Source: Nostoc sp. PCC 7120 = FACHB-418 (GTDB lineage Bacteria; Cyanobacteriota; Cyanobacteriia; Cyanobacteriales; Nostocaceae). Taken from it: a stretch of 32,000 nucleotides of DNA. The DNA is taken from positions 4,380,001 to 4,412,000 of the forward strand of contig NC_003272.1 in the NCBI RefSeq assembly GCF_000009705.1. The letters run 5' to 3'. Positions 15,685 through 24,282 of the stretch are shown here, one piece after another (the first letter of the stretch is position 1; every line of letters starts with the position of its first letter). The notes under the pieces are model-generated. The model was not told where the DNA came from. It ran no database searches and saw nothing but the letters and a program-made list of their open reading frames with translations. Both the position numbers and the translations under genes were made by a program.

Positions 15685-16188
15685 CTACTTAACTTCGGTG
15701 ATTTGTAACGTGTAGGGAAAATACTTGCCTTTTTGGTAAGAACCCACCCAAACTTGGTAATTTCCTGGCAACCATTCCCCAATTATGCCTGGATTTTTTC
15801 CGTCTAGGTCATCGTTACACCAAGTACCGCCTGGGCCTTTGACCACGATAGTGGTGTCTTGAGGAGATTGTACTTGCAGTTTTAAGTAATCAAATTTACT
15901 TGTGAGCCTGATAGTGTGGTCTGGTGTTTCATCTACAAATCCGTTACAGGGGCCAGTAGGCGTTTCTATTCTGCCAGTAATGCGGTTCCCCTCAACTGAG
16001 CCGCCACTCATACCCCGCACTACCAAGGGATCTGGAGAAAACTTCTGACTAATGGTGACATCTCCAAATATCGGTGGCGTTTCCTGCGCGTTGCTGCCGG
16101 CATGAAGTAACGAGATAACACCGAGTGTAAAGATGATGGAATATATCTGTATACCTTTATTTAGCGATGTTTTCGACATTTTGATCAC
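15685..16188 (-). CDS. Secreted hypothetical protein (signal peptide; beta-rich, PPC-like?)
   Basis: The 167-aa product has an N-terminal hydrophobic signal ending ...AGSNAQ. I recognise no catalytic motif. Confidence 0.55.
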   Translation of the reverse strand: MIKMSKTSLNKGIQIYSIIFTLGVISLLHAGSNAQETPPIFGDVTISQKFSPDPLVVRGMSGGSVEGNRITGRIETPTGPCNGFVDETPDHTIRLTSKFDYLKLQVQSPQDTTIVVKGPGGTWCNDDLDGKNPGIIGEWLPGNYQVWVGSYQKGKYFPYTLQITEVK

Positions 16189-16351
16189 ATAAGCATCTCA
16201 GTGTTTAGCAAGACATGAATTTTACACCCTAAGTTCCCAATCTGGGCGAAATTGACTATTTAAATTATGAGTGTGGAAATTCATTTTGGTCGCAACCGAT
16301 TTTTTAATTGAAGGTCTTCAGTCAAGCCTCAAGTTTTTACTCATAATTCCC

Positions 16352-16406
16352 GTAGGGTGGGCAATTCCCAGCAAAAACCCGATACAGTGGGCATTGCCCA
16401 CCCTAC
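16352..16406. repeat. Hairpin repeat of the gtagggtg...caccctac family (intact copy)
   Basis: The arm gtagggtgggcaat (16352-16365) is complementary to attgcccaccctac (16393-16406). Confidence 0.8.
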
Positions 16407-16588
16407 AAATCGTTAAAAATGTGTATCTTTTGGTCATGATATTGCTGAAACATTTGTCTTACTCATGTTGTAACTTGTTGCCTGTATACTGCACGATGTT
16501 TAGTACACTAGATTACTAACAAGCCTTCAAGCCTTCCTAGCACGGCGGAAGTATTGAAACAAGTAGGCAACTTGGTTAGATAAAAGTT

Positions 16589-18409
16589 ATGGCGCTTATA
16601 GTTCAGAAGTTTGGTGGTTCATCTGTCGGTTCAGTAGAACGTATTCAAGCAGTGGCACAGCGTGTCTACAAAACAGTGAAAGCAGGAAATTCACTGGTTG
16701 TAGTGGTTTCTGCAATGGGCAAAACCACCGATGGACTCGTCAAACTAGCTAATGAAATTTCTCGCAATCCTAATCGTCGGGAAATGGATATGTTACTGTC
16801 CACAGGGGAACAAGTCACCATTGCTCTACTCAGTATGGCATTGCAAGAACTTGGACAACCAGCGATTTCCATGACTGGCGCTCAAGTAGGAATTGTGACA
16901 GAAGCTGAACACACCCGCGCCAGAATTTTACACATCGAAACTGAACGAGTAGAAGGCCATATTAAGGAAGGTAAGGTAGTGGTAGTAGCTGGTTTTCAAG
17001 GGATATCCAGCAACGGCTCACTAGAAATCACCACTCTAGGGCGCGGTGGTTCCGATACATCAGCCGTGGCTTTAGCAGCAGCATTACAGGCGGATTTCTG
17101 TGAAATTTATACAGATGTGCCAGGAATTTTAACTACAGACCCCCGCATAGTGCCTGAAGCCCAGTTAATGGGTGAAATCACCTGTAATGAAATGCTGGAG
17201 TTGGCAAGTTTAGGGGCAAAAGTGTTACATCCCCGTGCGGTGGAAATTGCCCGTAACTATGGGATGCCTTTGGTAGTCAAATCTAGCTGGACAGATGATC
17301 CTGGTACGTGGGTAACTACACCAAAACCCCAAGGGCGATCGCTCATCAATTTAGAACTAGCCCGGCCAGTGGATGATGTAGAACTTGATACAGACCAAGC
17401 TAAAGTCGCTCTGTTACGCGTACCCGATAAACCAGGAGTAGCAGCAAAATTATTTGGGGAAATTTCCCGTCAAAAAGTAGACGTAGATTTAATTATTCAA
17501 TCAATCCATGAAGGTAACAGTAACGACATCGCCTTTACTGTCACCACACCTATATTAAAACGAGCAGAAGCCGTAGCCGCCGCGATTGCCCCATCCCTCC
17601 GCAGTCCATCTCATCCCAAATCAGACGAGGCTGAGGTGATGGTAGAACAAAACATTGCCAAAGTCAGTATTGCTGGTGCAGGGATGATCGGCCGTCCTGG
17701 GGTAGCTGCCCAAATGTTCGCCACCTTAGCCGAAGCCGGGGTAAACATTCAAATGATTTCCACCAGCGAAGTCAAAGTTAGTTGTGTTATTGATGCCCAA
17801 GACGGCGATCGCGCTATCATTGCCCTCCGCAAAGCCTTTGAAATCGAAACCCCTCTCCACTCACAACTCCCCACGCCCTCTTCCCTCTCCACTCACAACT
17901 CCCCTCCCGTTCGCGGTGTCGCCTTAGACTTAAACCAAGCCCGGCTGGCTATTCGTCAAGTCCCAGACCGTCCAGGGATGGCGGCGCAGTTGTTTGGTAT
18001 TCTCTCCCAGCACAATATCAGCGTAGACATGATCATTCAGTCTCAACGTTGTCGCATTGTTGATGGTGTTCCCCGTCGGGATATTGCTTTTACAGTCCCC
18101 CGCATGGATGGGGAAACTGCCCAAAAATTGCTCTGTCAAGTAGCCCCAGAGTTGGGTTGGGGTGATGTGGTTTTGGATAGTGCGATCGCTAAAGTTAGTA
18201 TTGTCGGTGCGGGGATGGTAGGTCAACCAGGTGTAGCCGCCAAAATGTTTGAAGCATTAGCTAAACACCAAATCAACATTCAAATGATTGCCACCTCCGA
18301 AATTAAAATTAGCTGTGTTGTCTCTCAAGAACAAGGTGTACAAGCTTTACAAGTTATTCACACTGCTTTTGAGTTAGCAGGTACCGAGAAATTTGTTGTA
18401 CCTGCGTAG
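16589..18409 (+). CDS. lysC: Aspartate kinase, cyanobacterial long form with duplicated ACT-domain regulatory modules
   Basis: It begins MALIVQKFGGSSVG and contains the kinase motifs VVVSAMGKTTD and TLGRGGSDT. Two tandem ACT pairs follow, separated by a Pro/Ser-rich linker. Confidence 0.95.
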   Translation: MALIVQKFGGSSVGSVERIQAVAQRVYKTVKAGNSLVVVVSAMGKTTDGLVKLANEISRNPNRREMDMLLSTGEQVTIALLSMALQELGQPAISMTGAQVGIVTEAEHTRARILHIETERVEGHIKEGKVVVVAGFQGISSNGSLEITTLGRGGSDTSAVALAAALQADFCEIYTDVPGILTTDPRIVPEAQLMGEITCNEMLELASLGAKVLHPRAVEIARNYGMPLVVKSSWTDDPGTWVTTPKPQGRSLINLELARPVDDVELDTDQAKVALLRVPDKPGVAAKLFGEISRQKVDVDLIIQSIHEGNSNDIAFTVTTPILKRAEAVAAAIAPSLRSPSHPKSDEAEVMVEQNIAKVSIAGAGMIGRPGVAAQMFATLAEAGVNIQMISTSEVKVSCVIDAQDGDRAIIALRKAFEIETPLHSQLPTPSSLSTHNSPPVRGVALDLNQARLAIRQVPDRPGMAAQLFGILSQHNISVDMIIQSQRCRIVDGVPRRDIAFTVPRMDGETAQKLLCQVAPELGWGDVVLDSAIAKVSIVGAGMVGQPGVAAKMFEALAKHQINIQMIATSEIKISCVVSQEQGVQALQVIHTAFELAGTEKFVVPA

Positions 18410-18474
18410 TTGCTGAGTTTGGGCTAATTTAACTCATGATTTTAACGATAGAAAGGTTGATTTATAGTTAAACT

Positions 18475-18755
18475 ATGCCCAAGTTAGACATCATCCACAA
18501 CTCGGTAAAAAATGCACTAATTAATGATGGCTATCAAAGATACAGGATTTGAAAGAGGCACTTGGTCAGTACGATATCTACCGCTATCTTCTAGAGGAAA
18601 CAGCACCAGACCGTAAGTTGTATATCGCTATCAGCACAGTTGCATACAACTTCTTCTTTATTCAGGATGTAACTCAACTTATTCTCAATAAACATCAACT
18701 TCCAATTATTGTTGTAAATTTAGAGACAGAGGAGATTACACGATGGATAAATTAA
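18475..18755 (+). pseudogene. xisH: xisH-like gene with an internal deletion and a frameshift
   Basis: The N-terminus MPKLDIIHNSVKNALINDG (ATG at 18475) runs into a stop at 18550-18552. The conserved C-terminal part KEALGQYDIYRYLLEETAPDRKLYIAIS...IVVNLETEEITRWIN continues in another frame from 18549. The total is about 93 codons, against roughly 135-140 for the intact XisH proteins I remember. Confidence 0.7.
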
Positions 18756-19087
18756 CCGATTATCCTAAATTAATTCAGCGCATTTTGTCTGAATATATAG
18801 AACTGAGTAACCGCCGTTCAAACCCAGATATTGAAACATTTTTGATTGTGGATGAATCTAAAGCTCAATATATTTGGATGAATCTCGGTTGGCAAAATGG
18901 CGAGCGTGTTACTGGTATGACGGTCTATGTGCGGATTCGTGATGGTAAGTTTTGGATCGAAGAAGATTGGACTGAAGATGGGATCGCAACTGATCTAGTT
19001 CGTTTAGGTGTTCCTAAAGAAGACATTGTGCTAGCATTCCATGAGCCTAGTATCAGAAAGTATACAGATTTTGCTGTAGTTTCATGA
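18743..19087 (+). CDS. xisI: XisI family protein
   Basis: The product shows a typical XisI sequence (MDKLTDYPKLIQRILSEY...LIVDESKAQYIWMNLGWQNGERV...WIEEDWTEDGIATDLVRLGVPKEDIVLAFH). It overlaps the end of xisH by 13 nt, as in xisHI pairs. Confidence 0.85.
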   Translation: MDKLTDYPKLIQRILSEYIELSNRRSNPDIETFLIVDESKAQYIWMNLGWQNGERVTGMTVYVRIRDGKFWIEEDWTEDGIATDLVRLGVPKEDIVLAFHEPSIRKYTDFAVVS

Positions 19088-19519
19088 TGTATGAAACGCA
19101 GGGGTTGGTTTTGAAGGGTAGCCCGACAACTTTGTTGATGAGATTCAATTCAATCCCTTGGTCTATTGCGAAATTTTCTAGCAATCTCTGAACAAGATCA
19201 CTATATATAGCGATCGCACTTTCTATACGGTGTCAAGTTTACTTCTATTCGGTTGGTATTTTCAGTAGACTTGACAGTACTGGAGACCTAGAATACATTA
19301 AGAAATATATAGCAATTTAATATTGACTTAATATTTTTCCTGCAAGAAAAGGCTTTTTGGCAAACCCAAAATTTTTTCTGGTCTGTCTAATATCACTTTC
19401 TAATCAGTCACAATAATATCCTGCAACCAAAAATAAAGCACTTGAAACCTAGCACTTGACGAGCAGGTAAAAACGTATATTATTAAATAACGAGCGTTCG
19501 ATATAAATAATCCGTAATT

Positions 19520-20122
19520 ATGCCTAAGATTGTTGATCATGACCAATATCGGAAAGAACTGCTCAGTAAATGCTTTGATTTATTTGCTGAAAAAGGTTAC
19601 GGTTCCATCACCATGCGGCAAATTGCTCAAGGTTTGAATGTTTCTACAGGTACGCTGTACCATTACTTTCCTAGTAAACAAACGTTGTTTGAGCAATTAG
19701 TAGAAGAAATAAGTCAACAAGATGTGAGTGCAGCATTAGCTGAGATGGATGGAGCCAAAACGATAGAAGAGGCGATGACAGCCTTAGGTAGATATTTGAT
19801 TAAGCATGAAGATTACTGTATTAAATGGACGTATGTTTGGGTAGATTTTTGCCAAAGTCAAGATGTAGAAGAAGTACAGAAAAATATTGTATTTAAACGA
19901 GTTAATCAACGTTATCAGCAAGCCGTTTGTGATTTTTTAGGCATTCAAGATACAGTGATAGCGACCTTTGTTTTGAGCTTGATTAATGGCTTGATTTTAG
20001 AAAAACTCTGGTGTAACCAGACAATTGATTTTCAAGAACAATGTGCTTTGTTAGGGAAAATGCTGACACTTTATTTAAAAAATAATCAAACAAATAAAAT
20101 GGCTAACTCTTATCTTAATTGA
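19520..20122 (+). CDS. TetR/AcrR family transcriptional regulator
   Basis: The N-terminal HTH is FAEKGYGSITMRQIAQGLNVSTGTLYHYFPSKQTLF. The gene lies upstream of the exporter operon. Confidence 0.9.
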   Translation: MPKIVDHDQYRKELLSKCFDLFAEKGYGSITMRQIAQGLNVSTGTLYHYFPSKQTLFEQLVEEISQQDVSAALAEMDGAKTIEEAMTALGRYLIKHEDYCIKWTYVWVDFCQSQDVEEVQKNIVFKRVNQRYQQAVCDFLGIQDTVIATFVLSLINGLILEKLWCNQTIDFQEQCALLGKMLTLYLKNNQTNKMANSYLN

Positions 20123-20163
20123 TTTCATTGATCGGTTAAATTAACTTATTTTGTGAGGAGAAG

Positions 20164-21468
20164 ATGAATCAAAAACTGTTATTTAAGCCTGCTAATCAAG
20201 GGGTAATTGCATTAGTGATTGCAGCTACTGCCATGACATCGGGAATTGTTTTGTACGCAGTTAGTCAGTTTGGGCAAGTTAGTAAAACTAGTGCATCGGA
20301 TGCTGTACCAACTGAGGCGATCGCTCCCAAGATAACTGCTTTGGGTAGACTAGAACCAGAAACAGAAGTGATCAGTTTATCTGCACCATTAGCCTTAGAT
20401 GGCGATCGCATTGCTCAAATCCTGGTGGAAGAAGGTGATGAAGTGCAAGCTGGACAGGTAGTAGCAATTTTAGACTCCCGCGCCCGCTTGCAAACCGCCG
20501 TACTCCAAGCCGAAAAACAAATACGCGTTGCCCAAGCCAAACTCAATCAAGTCAAGGCTGGAGCCAAAACTGGCGATATCCGCGCCCAGCAAGCTAGCGT
20601 GGAACGCTTACAAGCCCAATCCCAAGGCGATAGAACAGGACAACAACAAACCATTGCGCGGATAGAAGCGCAATGGCAAGGTGACAGAATCGCCCAAGAA
20701 GCCACAATTAGGAAGCTAGAGGCAGAACTGAAAAATGCCGAAGCCGAATATCAACGCTATCAGCAGCTTTACTCAGAAGGGGCAATTTCTAGTTCAGCAA
20801 TTGATACCAGACGCTTGAGTGTGGAAACTGCCAAAGAGCAACTAGACGAAGCCAAAGCAGTGCTGAACCGGATTAATTCCACTGCTAGCAAAGAACTAGC
20901 AGAAGCCAAAGTTGCACTGAACCGGATTAACGCCACCAGTAACAAGCAAATTAGCGAAGCCAAAGCCACACTCACCAGTATTGCCGAAGTTAGACCAGTA
21001 GATGTGCAAGCAGCACAAACAGAAGTTGAAGAGGCGATCGCTTCTCTCAAACGCGCCACAACCGACCTAGAAGCAGCTTATATCAGAGCGCCACAGGCGG
21101 GACAGATTCTCAAAATTCATACCCGTGTCGGCGAAAAAATCAGTGATGATGGCATTGCTGACTTAGCACAAACCGACCAAATGTTAGCTATTGCCGAAGT
21201 CTATCAAACTGATATCGGTAAAGTGAAACTGGGACAGCAAGCAGTCATTACCAGCCAAGCCTTTGGTGGCGAATTGCGAGGAAAAGTGTCCCAAATTGGC
21301 TTGCAGGTAGGACGACAAAACGTATTTAGCAACCAGCCAGGAGAGAACCTAGATAGCCGAGTCGTTGAAGTCAAAATTCGCCTCAACCCTGAAGACAGCA
21401 AAAAAGTTGCAAGTTTCACAAACTTGCAAGTGCAAGCAGCAATTGAAACAATTCAAAATTCCAAATGA
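20164..21468 (+). CDS. DevB-family (HlyD-type) membrane fusion protein of an ABC exporter
   Basis: It has an N-terminal TM helix, lipoyl-like and long coiled-coil segments, and the motif ITALGRLEPETEVISLSAP typical of DevB-like proteins. Confidence 0.85.
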   Translation: MNQKLLFKPANQGVIALVIAATAMTSGIVLYAVSQFGQVSKTSASDAVPTEAIAPKITALGRLEPETEVISLSAPLALDGDRIAQILVEEGDEVQAGQVVAILDSRARLQTAVLQAEKQIRVAQAKLNQVKAGAKTGDIRAQQASVERLQAQSQGDRTGQQQTIARIEAQWQGDRIAQEATIRKLEAELKNAEAEYQRYQQLYSEGAISSSAIDTRRLSVETAKEQLDEAKAVLNRINSTASKELAEAKVALNRINATSNKQISEAKATLTSIAEVRPVDVQAAQTEVEEAIASLKRATTDLEAAYIRAPQAGQILKIHTRVGEKISDDGIADLAQTDQMLAIAEVYQTDIGKVKLGQQAVITSQAFGGELRGKVSQIGLQVGRQNVFSNQPGENLDSRVVEVKIRLNPEDSKKVASFTNLQVQAAIETIQNSK

Positions 21469-21510
21469 AAGAATTTTCAGAAAACTATTGACTAACGACT
21501 AAATAATATT

Positions 21511-22677
21511 ATGTTTTCTCAAATTTTTCGCAAAACTCCGCTAGCTTGGCGGCAGTTAATGAAGGAAAAGACTCGGTTAGCGGTTGCAGTTGCCGGTATT
21601 ACCTTTGCCGATATGCTGATGTTTATTCAGTTAGGTTTTGAAAGTGCGCTGTTTGATGCGGCTGTGAAACCTCACCGCAATTTACAAGCAGATTTGGTGT
21701 TAATTAATCCTCAATTCCAAACTTTGTTTTCAGTCAAAAGCTTTTCTAGAGAAAGGCTATATCAAGCTTTAGGTTATGAGGGTGTGCAGTCAGTAACACC
21801 CCTTTATATAGGTACTGGACAGTGGCGTAATCCGGAAACTCGTCAGGATAGAGCCATCTTAGTATGGGGTATAGATCCGGCTGCATCTGCTTTTACATTT
21901 CCCGAAATCCGCAAAAATCAAGATCAAATTAAACAGCTAAATCAAGTTTTATTCGATCAAGCTGGCCGCCCAGAATATGGAGCCGTGGGTGATATCTTCA
22001 AAAAAACAAACAGCTTTCAAACAGAACTAAATAATATTGGCGTTAATGTTAGCGGAGTGTTTAGCAACGGAGCCTCTTTTGCGGCTGATGGTAATGTCAT
22101 TGCTAGCGATTCCACATTTTTAAGACTATTTCCCGAACGCAAACCAGACCGCATCGAAGTAGGACTAATCACCCTCAAACCAGGGGTAGATAAAGAAAAA
22201 GTGCGATCGCAACTAGCCGCAGGGTTACCCAATGACGTTATAGTCTTGACTCCAGAAGGGTTTGCTCAAACTGAAAAAGATTACTGGGCAAATGGGACTG
22301 GTATTGGTTTCATTTTTGGGTTAGGTGTGGGAGTAGGGTTTATTGTCGGCATTGTAATTGTTTATCAGATTCTTTACTCTGATGTTTCTGATCACTTGCC
22401 AGAATATGCCACTCTCAAGGCAATGGGTTATACAGACCGCTATCTCTTATTAGTCCTTCTGCAAGAAGCATTGTTATTAGCTTTCCTTGGCTATCTCCCA
22501 GCTTATATCTTGTCTTTTGGGCTATATCAAGTTACTTACGCAGCAACTATGTTGCCCATAGCTATGAAACTAGAACGGGCAATCACTGTATTTATTCTCA
22601 CCATTATCATGTGTACCGCTTCCGGTGCGATCGCTATGCGAAAACTTCGTTCTGCTGATCCTGCCGATGTGTTTTAG
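21511..22677 (+). CDS. DevC-family ABC exporter permease (FtsX-like)
   Basis: It has an N-terminal TM helix, a large periplasmic domain, and three C-terminal TM helices (FtsX fold). It follows the devB-like gene. Confidence 0.85.
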   Translation: MFSQIFRKTPLAWRQLMKEKTRLAVAVAGITFADMLMFIQLGFESALFDAAVKPHRNLQADLVLINPQFQTLFSVKSFSRERLYQALGYEGVQSVTPLYIGTGQWRNPETRQDRAILVWGIDPAASAFTFPEIRKNQDQIKQLNQVLFDQAGRPEYGAVGDIFKKTNSFQTELNNIGVNVSGVFSNGASFAADGNVIASDSTFLRLFPERKPDRIEVGLITLKPGVDKEKVRSQLAAGLPNDVIVLTPEGFAQTEKDYWANGTGIGFIFGLGVGVGFIVGIVIVYQILYSDVSDHLPEYATLKAMGYTDRYLLLVLLQEALLLAFLGYLPAYILSFGLYQVTYAATMLPIAMKLERAITVFILTIIMCTASGAIAMRKLRSADPADVF

Positions 22678-22680
22678 TTA

Positions 22681-22708
22681 TTGGTCAGTTGTCAGTTGTC
22701 AGTTGACA
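22681..22708. repeat. STRR heptamer repeats (ttggtca gttgtca gttgtca gttgaca)
   Basis: Four tandem heptamers lie directly after the devC-like stop. Confidence 0.85.
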
Positions 22709-22760
22709 TTAGTTTTTCCCATACTCGCTGTCTTCTACTCCTTATTTCCTTAAAAAAACA

Positions 22761-23510
22761 ATGTTACAAGAATTTGTCTCTGGAACCAATAACTCCCCAT
22801 CCTCTTTAGAACCAGTCATTTCTGTTAGCAATCTCAATCATTATTTTGGTTCAGGTGGGCTTCGCAAACAAGTATTATTTGATATTAATTTGACTATTAA
22901 CGCTGGGGAAATTGTGATTATGACGGGGCCTTCAGGCTCTGGGAAAACGACTTTATTAACTTTGATGGGTGGCTTGCGTTCGGCTCAAGAAGGGAGCTTG
23001 AAGATTTTAGGACAGGAAATATGTGGAGCTAGCAAAAATCAGTTAACTAAACTGCGTCGTCAGATTGGTTATATCTTCCAAGCTCATAACCTGATGACTT
23101 TTTTAACTGCAAAAGAAAATGTGCGAATGTCTCTAGAATTGCATGATGAGTTTTTTCATGAAGACATTAACTCCAAAGCGATCGCTATGTTAGAAACTGT
23201 TGGTTTAGGTGATAGGGTAAATTACTACGCCGAAAATCTTTCTGGAGGTCAAAAACAACGGGTAGCGATCGCCCGCGCCCTAGTCAGTCATCCTAAAATT
23301 GTTTTAGCAGACGAACCTACGGCAGCTCTAGATAAAAAATCGGGACGTGATGTTGTGGAACTAATGCAGAAACTAGCCAAAGAACAAGGCTGTACAATTT
23401 TGCTAGTTACCCACGACAACCGTATCTTAGATATTGCCGATCGCATCATATACATGGAAGATGGTCAGCTAAAAAGCGATGATATGGATATTGCCGCCAA
23501 AATGCACTAA
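22761..23510 (+). CDS. DevA-family ABC transporter ATP-binding protein
   Basis: It has Walker A GPSGSGKTT, the signature LSGGQKQR, Walker B VLADEPTAALD, and the H-loop VTHD. Confidence 0.9.
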   Translation: MLQEFVSGTNNSPSSLEPVISVSNLNHYFGSGGLRKQVLFDINLTINAGEIVIMTGPSGSGKTTLLTLMGGLRSAQEGSLKILGQEICGASKNQLTKLRRQIGYIFQAHNLMTFLTAKENVRMSLELHDEFFHEDINSKAIAMLETVGLGDRVNYYAENLSGGQKQRVAIARALVSHPKIVLADEPTAALDKKSGRDVVELMQKLAKEQGCTILLVTHDNRILDIADRIIYMEDGQLKSDDMDIAAKMH

Positions 23511-23616
23511 ATAATACTCTGCGTTCCTCTCTCTTGAAAAGTTTCCTAGGTCGGGCTAACCCTCCTCCAGAACTTTTCGCTGCGCTTTCCTTAGCGTCCC
23601 TCTGCGTTGAAAAAAA

Positions 23617-24183
23617 CTAACCAAACAAAGGAGCGATCGCACAGGTAAAATTAGGCAAAAGGGGTGAGTTAAGTTCATCACCATGAAACAACGTGACGAC
23701 TAACTTTAAAATCCCCTGTTCACGCCGATATACTTCCACCTGTTGCTTACGCCAATCTATAATCCAATATTCTCTGACACCTTGTGATGAGTAGAGCTTA
23801 AGTTTCAGTTCTCTATCTCGCCTTTCATTCTCATTTCCCAGTGATAATACCTCTACCACCAGTTCCGGTGCAGCCGTCAAATGACCAGCCTCATCTAATA
23901 AATTAGATAGTCTCTCATTGCTAGCCCAAACAACATCGGGAATTACGTTATCATTATCACCGAAAATTATCCCTGGAGCGATCGCCACTTCCCCCAGACC
24001 AGTAATCTGTGACCAATTATCTAAAGCGGTACTGATTCTGACACAAACTCGCTGATGTTTCCAGTGAGGCGCTCTCGTCACAAACAATTCCCCATCGATA
24101 ATTTCATACCGCTTCCCGTCTTCTGGAAATAAAGCTAAGTCGGTGGTATTCCAGCGAACTTTTTCTGTCGTCGGCTGGTTCAT
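23617..24183 (-). CDS. Uma2 family (DUF820) endonuclease-like protein
   Basis: It contains YEIIDGELFV...PHWKHQRV...VPDVVWAS...APELVVEVLS...D...K..Y...GVREYWIID, the PD-(D/E)xK pattern typical of the cyanobacterial Uma2 expansion. Confidence 0.85.
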   Translation of the reverse strand: MNQPTTEKVRWNTTDLALFPEDGKRYEIIDGELFVTRAPHWKHQRVCVRISTALDNWSQITGLGEVAIAPGIIFGDNDNVIPDVVWASNERLSNLLDEAGHLTAAPELVVEVLSLGNENERRDRELKLKLYSSQGVREYWIIDWRKQQVEVYRREQGILKLVVTLFHGDELNSPLLPNFTCAIAPLFG

Positions 24184-24282
24184 AAGCCATCACTGTGAGG
24201 ATATTTAATTATTTTAGCTTGGGTAGGCTTGAGACAGTGCTGAGTGAATTCTCAAAACCCAGCACTGATTTGTTCCTAATCC

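Noticed and set aside
16271-16519. 82-aa ORF in the spacer upstream of lysC
   Set aside because: It spans the gtagggtgggcaat/attgcccaccctac hairpin repeat, has a GTG start and no RBS-like sequence, and its translation is low-complexity. It is probably non-coding.
16189-16588. Possible lysine riboswitch or leader upstream of aspartate kinase
   Set aside because: I saw no recognisable L-box-like conserved stems. The only strong structure is a dispersed hairpin repeat.
20769-22232. Minus-strand ORFs 20769-21059, 21204-21419 and 22017-22232
   Set aside because: They are antisense shadows within the devB-like and devC-like genes and show no independent signals.
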